Positions 18,553 through 27,163 of a stretch of 64,000 bases of DNA are shown piece by piece (the stretch's first letter is position 1; every line of letters begins with the position of its first letter). Origin of the DNA: a bacterium. Lineage in GTDB: Bacteria > UBA8248. The stretch spans positions 704,001 through 768,000 of the forward strand of contig OZ242260.1 in the NCBI GenBank assembly GCA_965207065.1, written 5' to 3'. The notes below the pieces were generated by a model, which saw only the letters and a list, made by a program, of their open reading frames with translations, did no database searches and was not told the DNA's origin. Position numbers and translations under genes: made by a program.

Positions 18553-18989
18553 GACCTCCCTTCCGTCAACATCTTGTCGCGCGCCTCGAACGCCTCTCGT
18601 ATCTCCCCGAGATGCTTCATCGACTTGTCGATGGTATTCCGCAGGTCCTCAAAATCAATCGGCTTGTTGAGGAAATCGAATGCGCCCCTGTTCATAGCCG
18701 TGCGGATGTTTTTCATGTCTCCATATGCGGAGACGATGACGCAGCGCAGCTTGGGGTCATATGCCGGAATTTGCTCGAGCAAAGTGAGGCCGTCCATCTC
18801 CGGCATGTTGATGTCGGTGATGACGATGTCGATTCCATTGTCTCCGCTCAGGCATTCGAGCGCTTCGACCCCGTTGCGCGCGTATACGAACGAATAGCGA
18901 CCGCTGCGAATCTCGCGCCGCATTCGCTGATTCACGAGGTCTTCGAGGTCCGGTTCATCATCCACCACGAGTATCCGGCAGGTTTCCAT
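18549..18989 (-). CDS. stand-alone response regulator receiver protein
   Basis: VVDDE, TDINMP and KP motifs; near-duplicate of the N-terminus of the next gene. GAGGAG upstream of ATG 18989. Confidence 0.88.
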   Translation of the reverse strand: METCRILVVDDEPDLEDLVNQRMRREIRSGRYSFVYARNGVEALECLSGDNGIDIVITDINMPEMDGLTLLEQIPAYDPKLRCVIVSAYGDMKNIRTAMNRGAFDFLNKPIDFEDLRNTIDKSMKHLGEIREAFEARDKMLTEGRS

Positions 18990-19403
18990 TTTCCTGACTA
19001 TCTCCTCATTGCCCCTGCTGCGCTCGCCCAGCGGATCCGACAAATACGAATCCCAGCTAAATGTATAAAAGACTTACCCTTCGCGCAACTCATTTTTTAA
19101 CTTCACCCATGCAATCCGAGGAGCGGAGCAGCGGTTTGCAACCCTCTGAAGCCCAGGCTCCTACTGCGCACGACCACGGCTCGACACCACTGCTCCAGCG
19201 GATTTCATCCATCATGAATCCTCTCCCGCGAGCAACTCGGCCTCGCGAGCCCGTTAGCAGACCCTGGGCCGAACGGGGATAAGACCTCGAATATTTCATC
19301 TGCCGCCTGCTTGTCCCGACCCTGGTGTTTGCGTATCTTGAGGCGCGACCCATCGAGTGGTCCTGAAGCCGCCGACCACCGCAACATCGAGAAAGGTTCC
19401 TCC

Positions 19404-19991
19404 TTGTCCAGAAAAGCCAAGAGAAAAAAGCAACGTCCCCGACCCGCCGAGCACGGCTCTTCGCGCCAGGCGAGAGCCAGAGGCTCCAGGAACAAGCGTA
19501 CGGCCCCGCTCGTGTGGGCGATCGTCATCGTCGCGGTCGTCATCGGCGTCTACTACTTTACAGGCGCATCCGCGAACAAAGCGCGCAACGTGCCCTCCCT
19601 CGGCAACCGCCACATCCGCGTCGGCACGAGCGGCGCCATCTCCTATAACACGGAGCCTCCTACCTCGGGTCCCCATTACCCGACCATCGTCCGCTGGGGC
19701 GTTCACCGGAGCCCGATCGACAAGGGCTTCCAGGTGCACAACCTGGAAGACGGCGGCGTTCTCGTGCAGTATAACTGTTCCGATTGTCCCGAACTCGTGA
19801 AAAAACTCGGAAATCTGGTGCGAGACTACCCGAAGTTCGTCATTCTCGCCCCGTATCCCTCCATGAAGCACAGAATCGCGCTCACCGCCTGGGGCAAGAT
19901 AGACACGCTGGAGGCTTTTGACGAAAAGCGCATCACCGCCTTCATCGACGCCTATCGCGGCCTTGACCACCACCCGAGGGGGAGGCGATAG
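19404..19991 (+). CDS. DUF3105-domain membrane-anchored protein
   Basis: YNTEPPTSGPHY, VHNLEDGGVLVQYNC and IALTAWG motifs; one TM after a basic N-terminus. Start TTG 19404 is inferred. Confidence 0.8.
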   Translation: MSRKAKRKKQRPRPAEHGSSRQARARGSRNKRTAPLVWAIVIVAVVIGVYYFTGASANKARNVPSLGNRHIRVGTSGAISYNTEPPTSGPHYPTIVRWGVHRSPIDKGFQVHNLEDGGVLVQYNCSDCPELVKKLGNLVRDYPKFVILAPYPSMKHRIALTAWGKIDTLEAFDEKRITAFIDAYRGLDHHPRGRR

Positions 19992-20070
19992 GGGTTCTCA
20001 AGAACGGTGGACGGTAATACCCCGCGCGCGATGCGACGGGACAATACCGAAGCGCGCCCGCACGGGCTTC

Positions 20071-21816
20071 TCAACTCCCTGTGACCCTTCCCGTCCCGGG
20101 GACCTCCACTCGAACGGTCACGATGTCCGTGTCGTGATATTGCTGGTGGCGGACCGACGATGCGAGGTGGCGCAGCAGCCTGAGCGAGACTTCGCGCTCG
20201 ATGGGCGCGCCTGCCGTCTGCTCGCCGAGCAGCGCGATTTTATCCTGCAGGTTCTCCTCCCCGCCCGCGGCGACGAACTCCATCACTGCGCCGCCGTCTT
20301 CCTTATGCGCCACCACGAGCAGCCGCCTTCGCTCGCGGTCCTCATCTGCTTCATCCTGACGCAGAATCGTCAGCAGCGTCTCCTCGCCCACGGCGTCGAG
20401 GCGTTGCGCCATCGCCTCATCCCAGCCGCCGGCGGAGGCGAAATCACCGAGAAAATCCCGTATCTTCGGAAGCGCCGAGATGTCGAACGCCACCTCGATA
20501 CGGCTGCGCCGCGGCTCGGTGAGTTCGACGAACAAGGTCATGATCATGGCGACGAGTCCGCCGGCCGTCATTCCGTTGTTCAGAAGGCCGCCAGCGAACC
20601 CCGTGAAATAATCCGGGAAGATCACGCCGTTCTGGAAGCCGACGCCCGCCCAGAACGCGACGCCCGCCACCAGCCCCTTGCGGTAGTCGATCCCGTCCTG
20701 AACGACCATCCGCATGCCGACAATGAAGAGCATCGCCAGCAACACGGTGATGTAGGCAGCGGCGACCGGGGCCGGTATCGCCAGCACCAGGGCGACCAGC
20801 TTGGGCAAAAACGCCAGGGAGAGAAACACCAGCCCGGCGGCGATTCCCACGCTGCGCGCGCCGACGCCGGTGAGTTCGGTGACGGACACGCTCGTCGAAT
20901 AGGTCGTGTTCGGCACCGTCGCCAACAGACCGGAGAGCAGGTTGCCCACACCGTCGGCCGCCACCGCGCCCTGCACCGCCTTGAAATCCACCGCCCGGGG
21001 CCGCCGCCAGGACACGCGCTGGATAGCGGCGCCGTCGCCCACGGTTTCGATGGCGCCGATTAAGGTCACGAACACGAACCCGGGAAGAAGCGTCCAGAAA
21101 ACCGGCCCGAAGCTCAGGTCCAGGCCCGGCCACGCGCCTTGGGGAAGACCGACCCACGAAGCCCCGGCGACGCGGGCCGTATCGTAGATGCCGAAATAAC
21201 CGCCGATTATCGAGCCCGTAACCACACCGATCACCGGCGCCCACAGGCGCAGCGCCCCCGTCGCCTTGAGCGCGATGCCGACGATGACGGTCACCGCCGC
21301 CAGCGCGCTCAGCGGAGCGGCGAGCGGCGAGCTGCCCTTCGGCACGTCATCGAGCATGTTGAAGACGATGGGCATCACCGTCACCGCTATCAGCATGATG
21401 ACGGTTCCCGCGACGGTCGGCGTCAGCACACGCCGGAACAGCGAGAGCCTTTCTGAGAGCACGAACTGAAACAGCGAGGAGGCGAGAACCAGCGTGGCGA
21501 GCATCCCCGGTCCTCCCTTGGCGAGCGCCGCGATGCAGACCGCGATGAAAGCGCCCGAGGTGCCCATGATGAGCACGTAGCCCGCGCCGAAGCGGCCGAC
21601 CCTGTACGCCTGGAGCATCGTGGTCGCGCCGCAGACCGCCAGGCCGGCGAACACGGCCCACGAGAGATAATCCTCCGTTCCGCCGGCGGCCCGCACCACG
21701 ATCAACGGCGTGAACACAATGCCGCCCACGCAGAGGATGGCGAGCTGCATCCCCAGACCGAACGAGAGCAGGGGCGGCGGTTTTTCGTCGGCTTCGTAGC
21801 GGACGTCGGTGTTCAT
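20071..21816 (-). CDS. NCS2 (uracil/xanthine) permease fused to a C-terminal degenerate HATPase/RsbW-like domain
   Basis: MQLA...TP, TMLQ, MGTSGAF, TPTVAGTVIMLIA, IETVGD, ADGVGN and PNTTYS (NCS2 signature region), then ~150 soluble residues that align by eye with the 16919-17341 protein. Confidence 0.85.
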   Translation of the reverse strand: MNTDVRYEADEKPPPLLSFGLGMQLAILCVGGIVFTPLIVVRAAGGTEDYLSWAVFAGLAVCGATTMLQAYRVGRFGAGYVLIMGTSGAFIAVCIAALAKGGPGMLATLVLASSLFQFVLSERLSLFRRVLTPTVAGTVIMLIAVTVMPIVFNMLDDVPKGSSPLAAPLSALAAVTVIVGIALKATGALRLWAPVIGVVTGSIIGGYFGIYDTARVAGASWVGLPQGAWPGLDLSFGPVFWTLLPGFVFVTLIGAIETVGDGAAIQRVSWRRPRAVDFKAVQGAVAADGVGNLLSGLLATVPNTTYSTSVSVTELTGVGARSVGIAAGLVFLSLAFLPKLVALVLAIPAPVAAAYITVLLAMLFIVGMRMVVQDGIDYRKGLVAGVAFWAGVGFQNGVIFPDYFTGFAGGLLNNGMTAGGLVAMIMTLFVELTEPRRSRIEVAFDISALPKIRDFLGDFASAGGWDEAMAQRLDAVGEETLLTILRQDEADEDRERRRLLVVAHKEDGGAVMEFVAAGGEENLQDKIALLGEQTAGAPIEREVSLRLLRHLASSVRHQQYHDTDIVTVRVEVPGTGRVTGS

Positions 21817-22092
21817 GTGCTGATCGGAACCCTTGGCGCTCAATGTCGTATCCTTCCCGGCCGGCAAGCGGGTCTGCGGTGGAGCGGAAACCCATGCTCG
21901 ATATGCTTCGTAGCGGATAGCCAAGTTTCTCACACCACTTCCGGCCCCTCAAGAAAAAAACCCTGCGAAGGATACCGACGGGCAAAATAGCTCATCCGGC
22001 GCGATGTCAGGGATGAATTCGGGGTTGGGGGGGAGCTTGAGGGGAAAAATAGCATAATTTATGTTTTTTTCCGGCGAAAGGTTATATTTTTA

Positions 22093-22120
22093 TTGACGAG
22101 GCGATCACGGCGCATATACT
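22093..22120 (+). promoter_or_regulatory. sigma70-type promoter TTGACG-N16-TATACT upstream of the NHLP precursor
   Basis: Near-consensus -35 and -10 boxes, preceded by an AT-rich UP-like tract (22081-22092). Confidence 0.65.
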
Positions 22121-22262
22121 TTCCTTAAGTTGTTATTTTTTTCCGGAGCGAAGAGGCGGAATATCACCGCTCTCAGACGCTTGCTGCCGCATGGCCCCCC
22201 GGCCATGGGAGGAATCTCACACCACCCGCAATCGGGCGGCATTTTGTGGAGAACGCGAAGCA

Positions 22263-22550
22263 GTGAAAACCATCGAGGAAGTAAGAGAGGGTATCATCCG
22301 AAAAGCCAGCGAGAACGAGGCGTTCCGCTCCGAATTGCTTACCGACCCCAAGGCCGCCATCGAGAAGGAACTGGGGGTCACCATTCCCGAGGGATTCAAG
22401 ATCGGCGTGCACCAGGACAACCTCATGAGCATCAACCTGGTGTTGCCGCCTGCCGAATTGAGCGAGGCGGACCTCAACGCCGTCGTGGCCGGCTCGGGGT
22501 CCATGCTGGACCTTGCCAGCGCCTGGAACAGCTTGAACCAGAACTCCTGA
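22263..22550 (+). CDS. NHLP-leader (nitrile-hydratase-like) RiPP precursor peptide, 95 aa
   Basis: IIRKASENEAFRSELLTDPKAAIEKELGVTIP...VH....LVLPP..ELSEADLNAVVAG matches the NHLP leader pattern. Predicted core SGSMLDLASAWNSLNQNS. GGAG RBS before GTG 22263. Confidence 0.9.
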   Translation: MKTIEEVREGIIRKASENEAFRSELLTDPKAAIEKELGVTIPEGFKIGVHQDNLMSINLVLPPAELSEADLNAVVAGSGSMLDLASAWNSLNQNS

Positions 22551-22747
22551 TGCGATATACCGAAACAGTTCCATAATTTGCTCGACAGGTTTGCCGGAAA
22601 ACCCCGGGAGGGGCAGGTGCGGGAAACCTCCTTGCGGGTTTATGCGGCTCTGCGACCCGCTTCACTGAAGGGAGACCAAGGGGCCGAGTTTGCTCATCGT
22701 CGCCTTGATAAAAATGGATACATCCTGCTCAGAAACAGGATTAGACG

Positions 22748-23842
22748 ATGGCTGAGAATTTCGGGGATGTCTTTCCCAGGCTGCGCCGCTTTATTCCATC
22801 CTCCCTGCTCGACGGCCCGTGGCGGGGTCGCCTGGAGGAGCGCGTCGGTGAACTTCCGGGTTGGCTGACGCTCAATTACGCGGCGTTCGAGTTCCGGCTG
22901 GGAGACCCTGCGCCCGCCGCCGATTATTTCGTATCGCTCGCGCCGGGGCGGCCGTCTTTGGAGTATTTCGTTCGTCAGGGCGAGGACGCAAAGCCCGATT
23001 CCCCGGAGGCGGCCCTCGGCCGGGTCTTCGCCCGCATGAACGGAGTGGCTCCCCCTTCCGAACCCTCTCTCGCCGGCTGGTTCAGGGCGTCGATGCTCGA
23101 ATACGACATCGCGGAGGTCCCTTCGGACCTGAACCCGGCCCCGGGCGTATTCCTGGCGCTGCAGCCCGAGTCAGAACTGGATAAAGATGTCGCGGGTTCG
23201 AGAACCCCCGACCGCCTGGCCGCCGCCATAGCGAATGCGGTCGGGTGGGAGGAGGACGAGGAGGAGCGCAGATCCGTGGAGCGGGTCTTCGCCGCCTTGC
23301 CCCGTGACGGCGTGGTGGACCAGATCGGCGCCGTGGCGCAGCGAGAGCCGCGCTCCATACGCCTCATCATGGACGGGTTGAAGCAGCGAAACATGCCGGC
23401 GTTGCTCAAGCGGCTGAAGTGGGAAGGCTCCGCCCGGAAGGTGATGGACATTCTGGAGGAGATGCGTGACGTGACGCCCGTCTTCCGGCTGGCCGTGGAC
23501 GTCGCCGCGAACGGGGTGGGTCCGCGCCTGGGCCTCGAGATGTACAGGCCGAGGAAACCCTCGAACCTCGACTACTGGCTCACGTCCGGGCGCAACGCCT
23601 GGCGTCCCGTCGTGGACTACCTCGAAGAGATGAAATGGTGCCTGCCGGAGAAGGGAGCCGGGCTGCGCGCCTTCCCGGGAATCGAGCGGCTCTTCGAGGA
23701 AAAAGGCATGTCCATCCTCTACAAGGGGATCAACCACTTCAAGCTCTCGATCGAGGGCGACGCCATCGAGGCCAAGGCCTACGCCGCCCTCGCCTACTTC
23801 CGGCTCTACGCCGACTCGGAGGGTGAGTCCGGGCAGGCGTGA
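22748..23842 (+). CDS. uncharacterised 364-aa protein, candidate RiPP maturase (possible ABBA-fold prenyltransferase)
   Basis: Long ORF with host-like codon usage right after the precursor. Motifs FEFRL, LEYD, PGVFL, QIG...IRL, AVDV...GPRLGLE and HFKL...EAKAY. The function is inferred only. Confidence 0.55.
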   Translation: MAENFGDVFPRLRRFIPSSLLDGPWRGRLEERVGELPGWLTLNYAAFEFRLGDPAPAADYFVSLAPGRPSLEYFVRQGEDAKPDSPEAALGRVFARMNGVAPPSEPSLAGWFRASMLEYDIAEVPSDLNPAPGVFLALQPESELDKDVAGSRTPDRLAAAIANAVGWEEDEEERRSVERVFAALPRDGVVDQIGAVAQREPRSIRLIMDGLKQRNMPALLKRLKWEGSARKVMDILEEMRDVTPVFRLAVDVAANGVGPRLGLEMYRPRKPSNLDYWLTSGRNAWRPVVDYLEEMKWCLPEKGAGLRAFPGIERLFEEKGMSILYKGINHFKLSIEGDAIEAKAYAALAYFRLYADSEGESGQA

Positions 23843-24200
23843 CGGTGGGATGAAAACAGAAAGCCGTTCAAGTACGACAATACCCCCTGCCCCTCTCCCG
23901 CCACGAATACGACGTCCTCGCACCGGACGTGCTCGCAGAACGCCAAGGGGCGGATTTCCACGCGAAACGGGGGACTGCTCTTTTTCAGGACTTCCTTGCT
24001 ATCGCAGGCGCGGCGGTTTCGGGCGGGTTCTCAGAACGCGGGCATGTCGAGGCCCGATTCGCGGCGCGTCATCCTCCGCGCGGGTGAACACACGGGGAAC
24101 GCCGGGATTTCAAGATACGGCGAATCTTCATGTTTTCGATAATTCCCTGATATCTTATCTATTTGAATTGCATATGGTTACATGATATCCGCGCCCCGGA

Positions 24201-24229
24201 TTGACACCCCGGAAGCCCCTTTTTACTAT
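24201..24229 (+). promoter_or_regulatory. sigma70-type promoter TTGACA-N17-TACTAT
   Basis: Consensus -35 with 17-nt spacing, upstream of the cytochrome c' gene. Confidence 0.5.
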
Positions 24230-24276
24230 GGGGCATTCTTGGGAAGAGCCGTCCAGGCCGCCAATGAGGAGTGGAT

Positions 24277-24750
24277 ATGCGAATCGGGAAATGGGTGTGC
24301 GCGCTGGTGTGCGTGGTCTTGATGGCGGTGGTTTTTCTTCCCTCTTTTACCGCAGGCCAGGACGAGCAGACGATGCGCGGCGTGCAAAGGGTGCGCGTGC
24401 GCACGATGAAGAGCATCAGCCGCGCGATGCGCCGGGTCAAGGTCTACACCAAGAAGGCGAACTACAAGCGCGTCGCGGCGGCGGCGGAGGAAATCGCGCT
24501 GCTCTCGGCGGCGATTCCTTATCTCAGCCCCAAGGGCAGCGCTTTCGGCAAGACGCGGATCAAGGCGGAAGTCTGGAGCCGTTTCGACGACTACACGAAA
24601 ATCGCCAGAGATTCGGCGCAAATCGCGAGAGACGTCGCCAAAGCGGCTCAGGCGAAAGATAAGGATGCCGTGCTGAAAGCGTTCAGCGCCTTGTCGGACA
24701 GCTGCACGCAGTGCCACAAGCCGTTCCGCAAGAAAAAGAAAAGAAAATAA
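24277..24750 (+). CDS. cytochrome c' / class II cytochrome c
   Basis: Signal peptide, R...MK N-terminal helix, VW..FDDY, and a C-terminal CTQCH heme motif followed by FR. GAGGAG RBS. Confidence 0.85.
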   Translation: MRIGKWVCALVCVVLMAVVFLPSFTAGQDEQTMRGVQRVRVRTMKSISRAMRRVKVYTKKANYKRVAAAAEEIALLSAAIPYLSPKGSAFGKTRIKAEVWSRFDDYTKIARDSAQIARDVAKAAQAKDKDAVLKAFSALSDSCTQCHKPFRKKKKRK

Positions 24751-24785
24751 GCCACAGCCGCTCCACACAGGTTCGAGGACGCGCA

Positions 24786-25669
24786 TTGATCACCCGGCCC
24801 ACGGTTCCCGGGCCGACCCGGATACGAAACCGCCGAAATTCAAGGCTCCCCCGGGAGCGGCGGATTGTCATTTTCATATTTTCGGGCCCGAGGCGGAGTA
24901 TCCCTACGCCGAGCCCAGGCGGTACACGCCCGTTCAGGTACTGGAGAACGACTACCGGAAGATGGCCGGCGTTCTGGGCCTGGAACGGGGCGTCGTGGTG
25001 CAGGCGAGTCCCTATGGCGCGGACAACGCAAGAGTGCTCGAGGCGATTCGCGTCTTAGGACCGGGCTATGTCGGCGTGGGCGTGGTGGATGCGGACGCCT
25101 CTGAGGAGCGGCTCGATGAGTTGAACCGGCTCGGCATCCGGGGCGCCCGCATCAACATGGCTTCGGGAGGCAGAAGCGGAATCGAGCGGATGAGTGAGTT
25201 GGCCGCCAAAATCAAGGATTTCGGCTGGCACATGCAGTTTCATTTACACGCCGGGCAGTTGCCCGTTTATGAAGAGCAGTTCTGGAGACTGCCGGTCGAC
25301 GTGGTGTTCGACCACATGGGTCTTTTCCCCGCGGATTTGCCAATCACGCACCCCGATTTCAGGCTGCTGCTTCGTTTGCTCGAAAGCGGGAACGTATGGG
25401 TGAAGCTGAGCGGCGCCGAGCGCATCTCCAGGAGCGGCTCTCCTTACCACGACGCCATCCCCGTGGCGCGCGCCTTGATTGACGCCGCACCCGAGCGAGT
25501 GGTGTGGGGGACCGATTGGCCGCACACGAACGTGAAGCCCATCATTCCCAATGACGGGGATTTGATGGACCTTCTCGCGGAATTCGCGCCTGAGGACAGC
25601 GTGCGCCGGAGAATACTGGTGGAGAACCCTTGCGCCCTCTACGGGTTCGAGGAACGGAAATCCCTCTGA
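24786..25669 (+). pseudogene. amidohydrolase (LigI/2-pyrone-4,6-dicarboxylate lactonase-like) with an apparent 1-bp deletion near 24814
   Basis: DPDTKPPKFKAPPGAADCHFHIFGP...YTP lies upstream of and in frame with ATG 24962, but the RBS plus TTG start (24786) is in another frame. Downstream motifs VVVQAS, FDHMG, WVKLSG and WGTDWPH. Confidence 0.7.
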
Positions 25670-25690
25670 GGCGGGATAGCCTTCTCGGGG

Positions 25691-27139
25691 TCAGTTCCCC
25701 AGTTTTTCCCGGAGTATCTCCTGTAAGGCTTTGGGGTTGGCCTTGCCTCCGGTGGCCTTCATCGCCTGGCCGACGAAAAAGCCCATGAGCTTCGTTTTTC
25801 CGCCCCGGTAGGCTTCGACTTCTTCGGGGTTTGACGCAATTACATCCTCCACGACGCTCTCGATGGCGCTCGTGTCCGTGATCTGCCTTAATCCTTTCTC
25901 TTCCACGATGGTCTCGGGGTCTTTGCCGCTCTCCGCCACCTGGTCGAACACAGTCTTTGCGATTTTCCCGCTGATAGTGCCGTCGTTGATGAGCAAGATC
26001 ATCCTGGCCAGCCGCTCGGGCGGTATGGGACATTCCTCGATGGTGATCTTTCGTTCGTTCAACAGGCGCAACACGTCGCCCATCACCCAGTTGCTCGCCG
26101 CCTTGGCCTGCTCTTTCCCGGCGGCCTCGACGACCTTATCGAAATAGGCGGCCAGTTCCTTCTCCGCCGTGAGAACTTCCGCATCGTACCGGGGGAGGCC
26201 GAATTCGTCCTGAAAGCGTTTGCTTTTCGCGTCGGGAAGCTCCGGCAGTTGCGCACGGACTTCATCGAGCCATTTCGCGTCCACGGTCAGGGGCACCAGA
26301 TCGGGGTCCGGGAAATAGCGGTAATCATGCGCGTATTCCTTCGATCGCATTCCCCGCGTTACGCCGGCGGACTCGTCCCAGAGCCTGGTTTCCTGGTGAA
26401 TGACGCCGCCGGAATCCAGGATTTCGCGCTGGCGCTTTTCTTCATGCTCGAGCGCTCGCCTGAGATTCCGAAAAGAATTCATATTCTTGATTTCCACCTT
26501 CTCGCCGAATTTCTCCGACCCTTCCGGCCTGAGAGAAATATTGGCGTCGCACCGCAGGCTGCCTTCCTGCATGTTGCCGTCGGAAATATCCAGGTAACGC
26601 ACCAGGGTACGGATTTTCCGCATGTAGGATTCGGCGTCTTCGGGGTTTCTCAGTTCCGGTTCTGAAACAATTTCCAGAAGCGGCACGCCGGCGCGGTTGA
26701 GATCGGAATAGGAATGGTTCGGGTCTCCCAGTTCGTCGCCATGAATCAGCTTGCCGGCGTCTTCTTCCATATGGATTCTCGTGAGATTGATGCTCAAGTC
26801 ACGCCCGTCTTTAGTTGCGAAATGAACACGTCCCCCCGTGCAAATAGGCTCTTCGTATTGGCTGATTTGATATCCCTTGGGGAGGTCCGGATAGAAGTAA
26901 TGTTTCCGGGCGAACCGACAGACAGGCGCAACCTCCGCCCCGACGGCCAGGCCAAGCCTCAGGGTGGACTCCACGACTTCACGATTCAGAACCGGCAGTA
27001 CGCCGGGCAGCCCGAGGTCTACCGTGCAGGTATATTCGTTCGCTCCGCCTCCGAATGCGGCGCTTGAACCGCAGAATATCTTGCTTTCCGTATTCAGCTG
27101 GGCGTGCACTTCAAGGCCGATTACCGTTTCGTAAGCCAT
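25691..27139 (-). CDS. gatB: aspartyl/glutamyl-tRNA amidotransferase subunit B
   Basis: VIGLEVHAQL, RKHYFYPDLPKGYQISQ, HMEEDAGK, GSLRCDANIS and YRYFPDPDL motifs. Confidence 0.98.
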   Translation of the reverse strand: MAYETVIGLEVHAQLNTESKIFCGSSAAFGGGANEYTCTVDLGLPGVLPVLNREVVESTLRLGLAVGAEVAPVCRFARKHYFYPDLPKGYQISQYEEPICTGGRVHFATKDGRDLSINLTRIHMEEDAGKLIHGDELGDPNHSYSDLNRAGVPLLEIVSEPELRNPEDAESYMRKIRTLVRYLDISDGNMQEGSLRCDANISLRPEGSEKFGEKVEIKNMNSFRNLRRALEHEEKRQREILDSGGVIHQETRLWDESAGVTRGMRSKEYAHDYRYFPDPDLVPLTVDAKWLDEVRAQLPELPDAKSKRFQDEFGLPRYDAEVLTAEKELAAYFDKVVEAAGKEQAKAASNWVMGDVLRLLNERKITIEECPIPPERLARMILLINDGTISGKIAKTVFDQVAESGKDPETIVEEKGLRQITDTSAIESVVEDVIASNPEEVEAYRGGKTKLMGFFVGQAMKATGGKANPKALQEILREKLGN

Positions 27140-27163
27140 CATCCCCCTCAATCAAAATGCGGA

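Noticed and set aside
22191-22550. Nitrile hydratase alpha subunit
   Set aside because: It lacks the CxLCSC metal-binding motif, is too short and has no beta subunit; it matches the NHLP leader instead.
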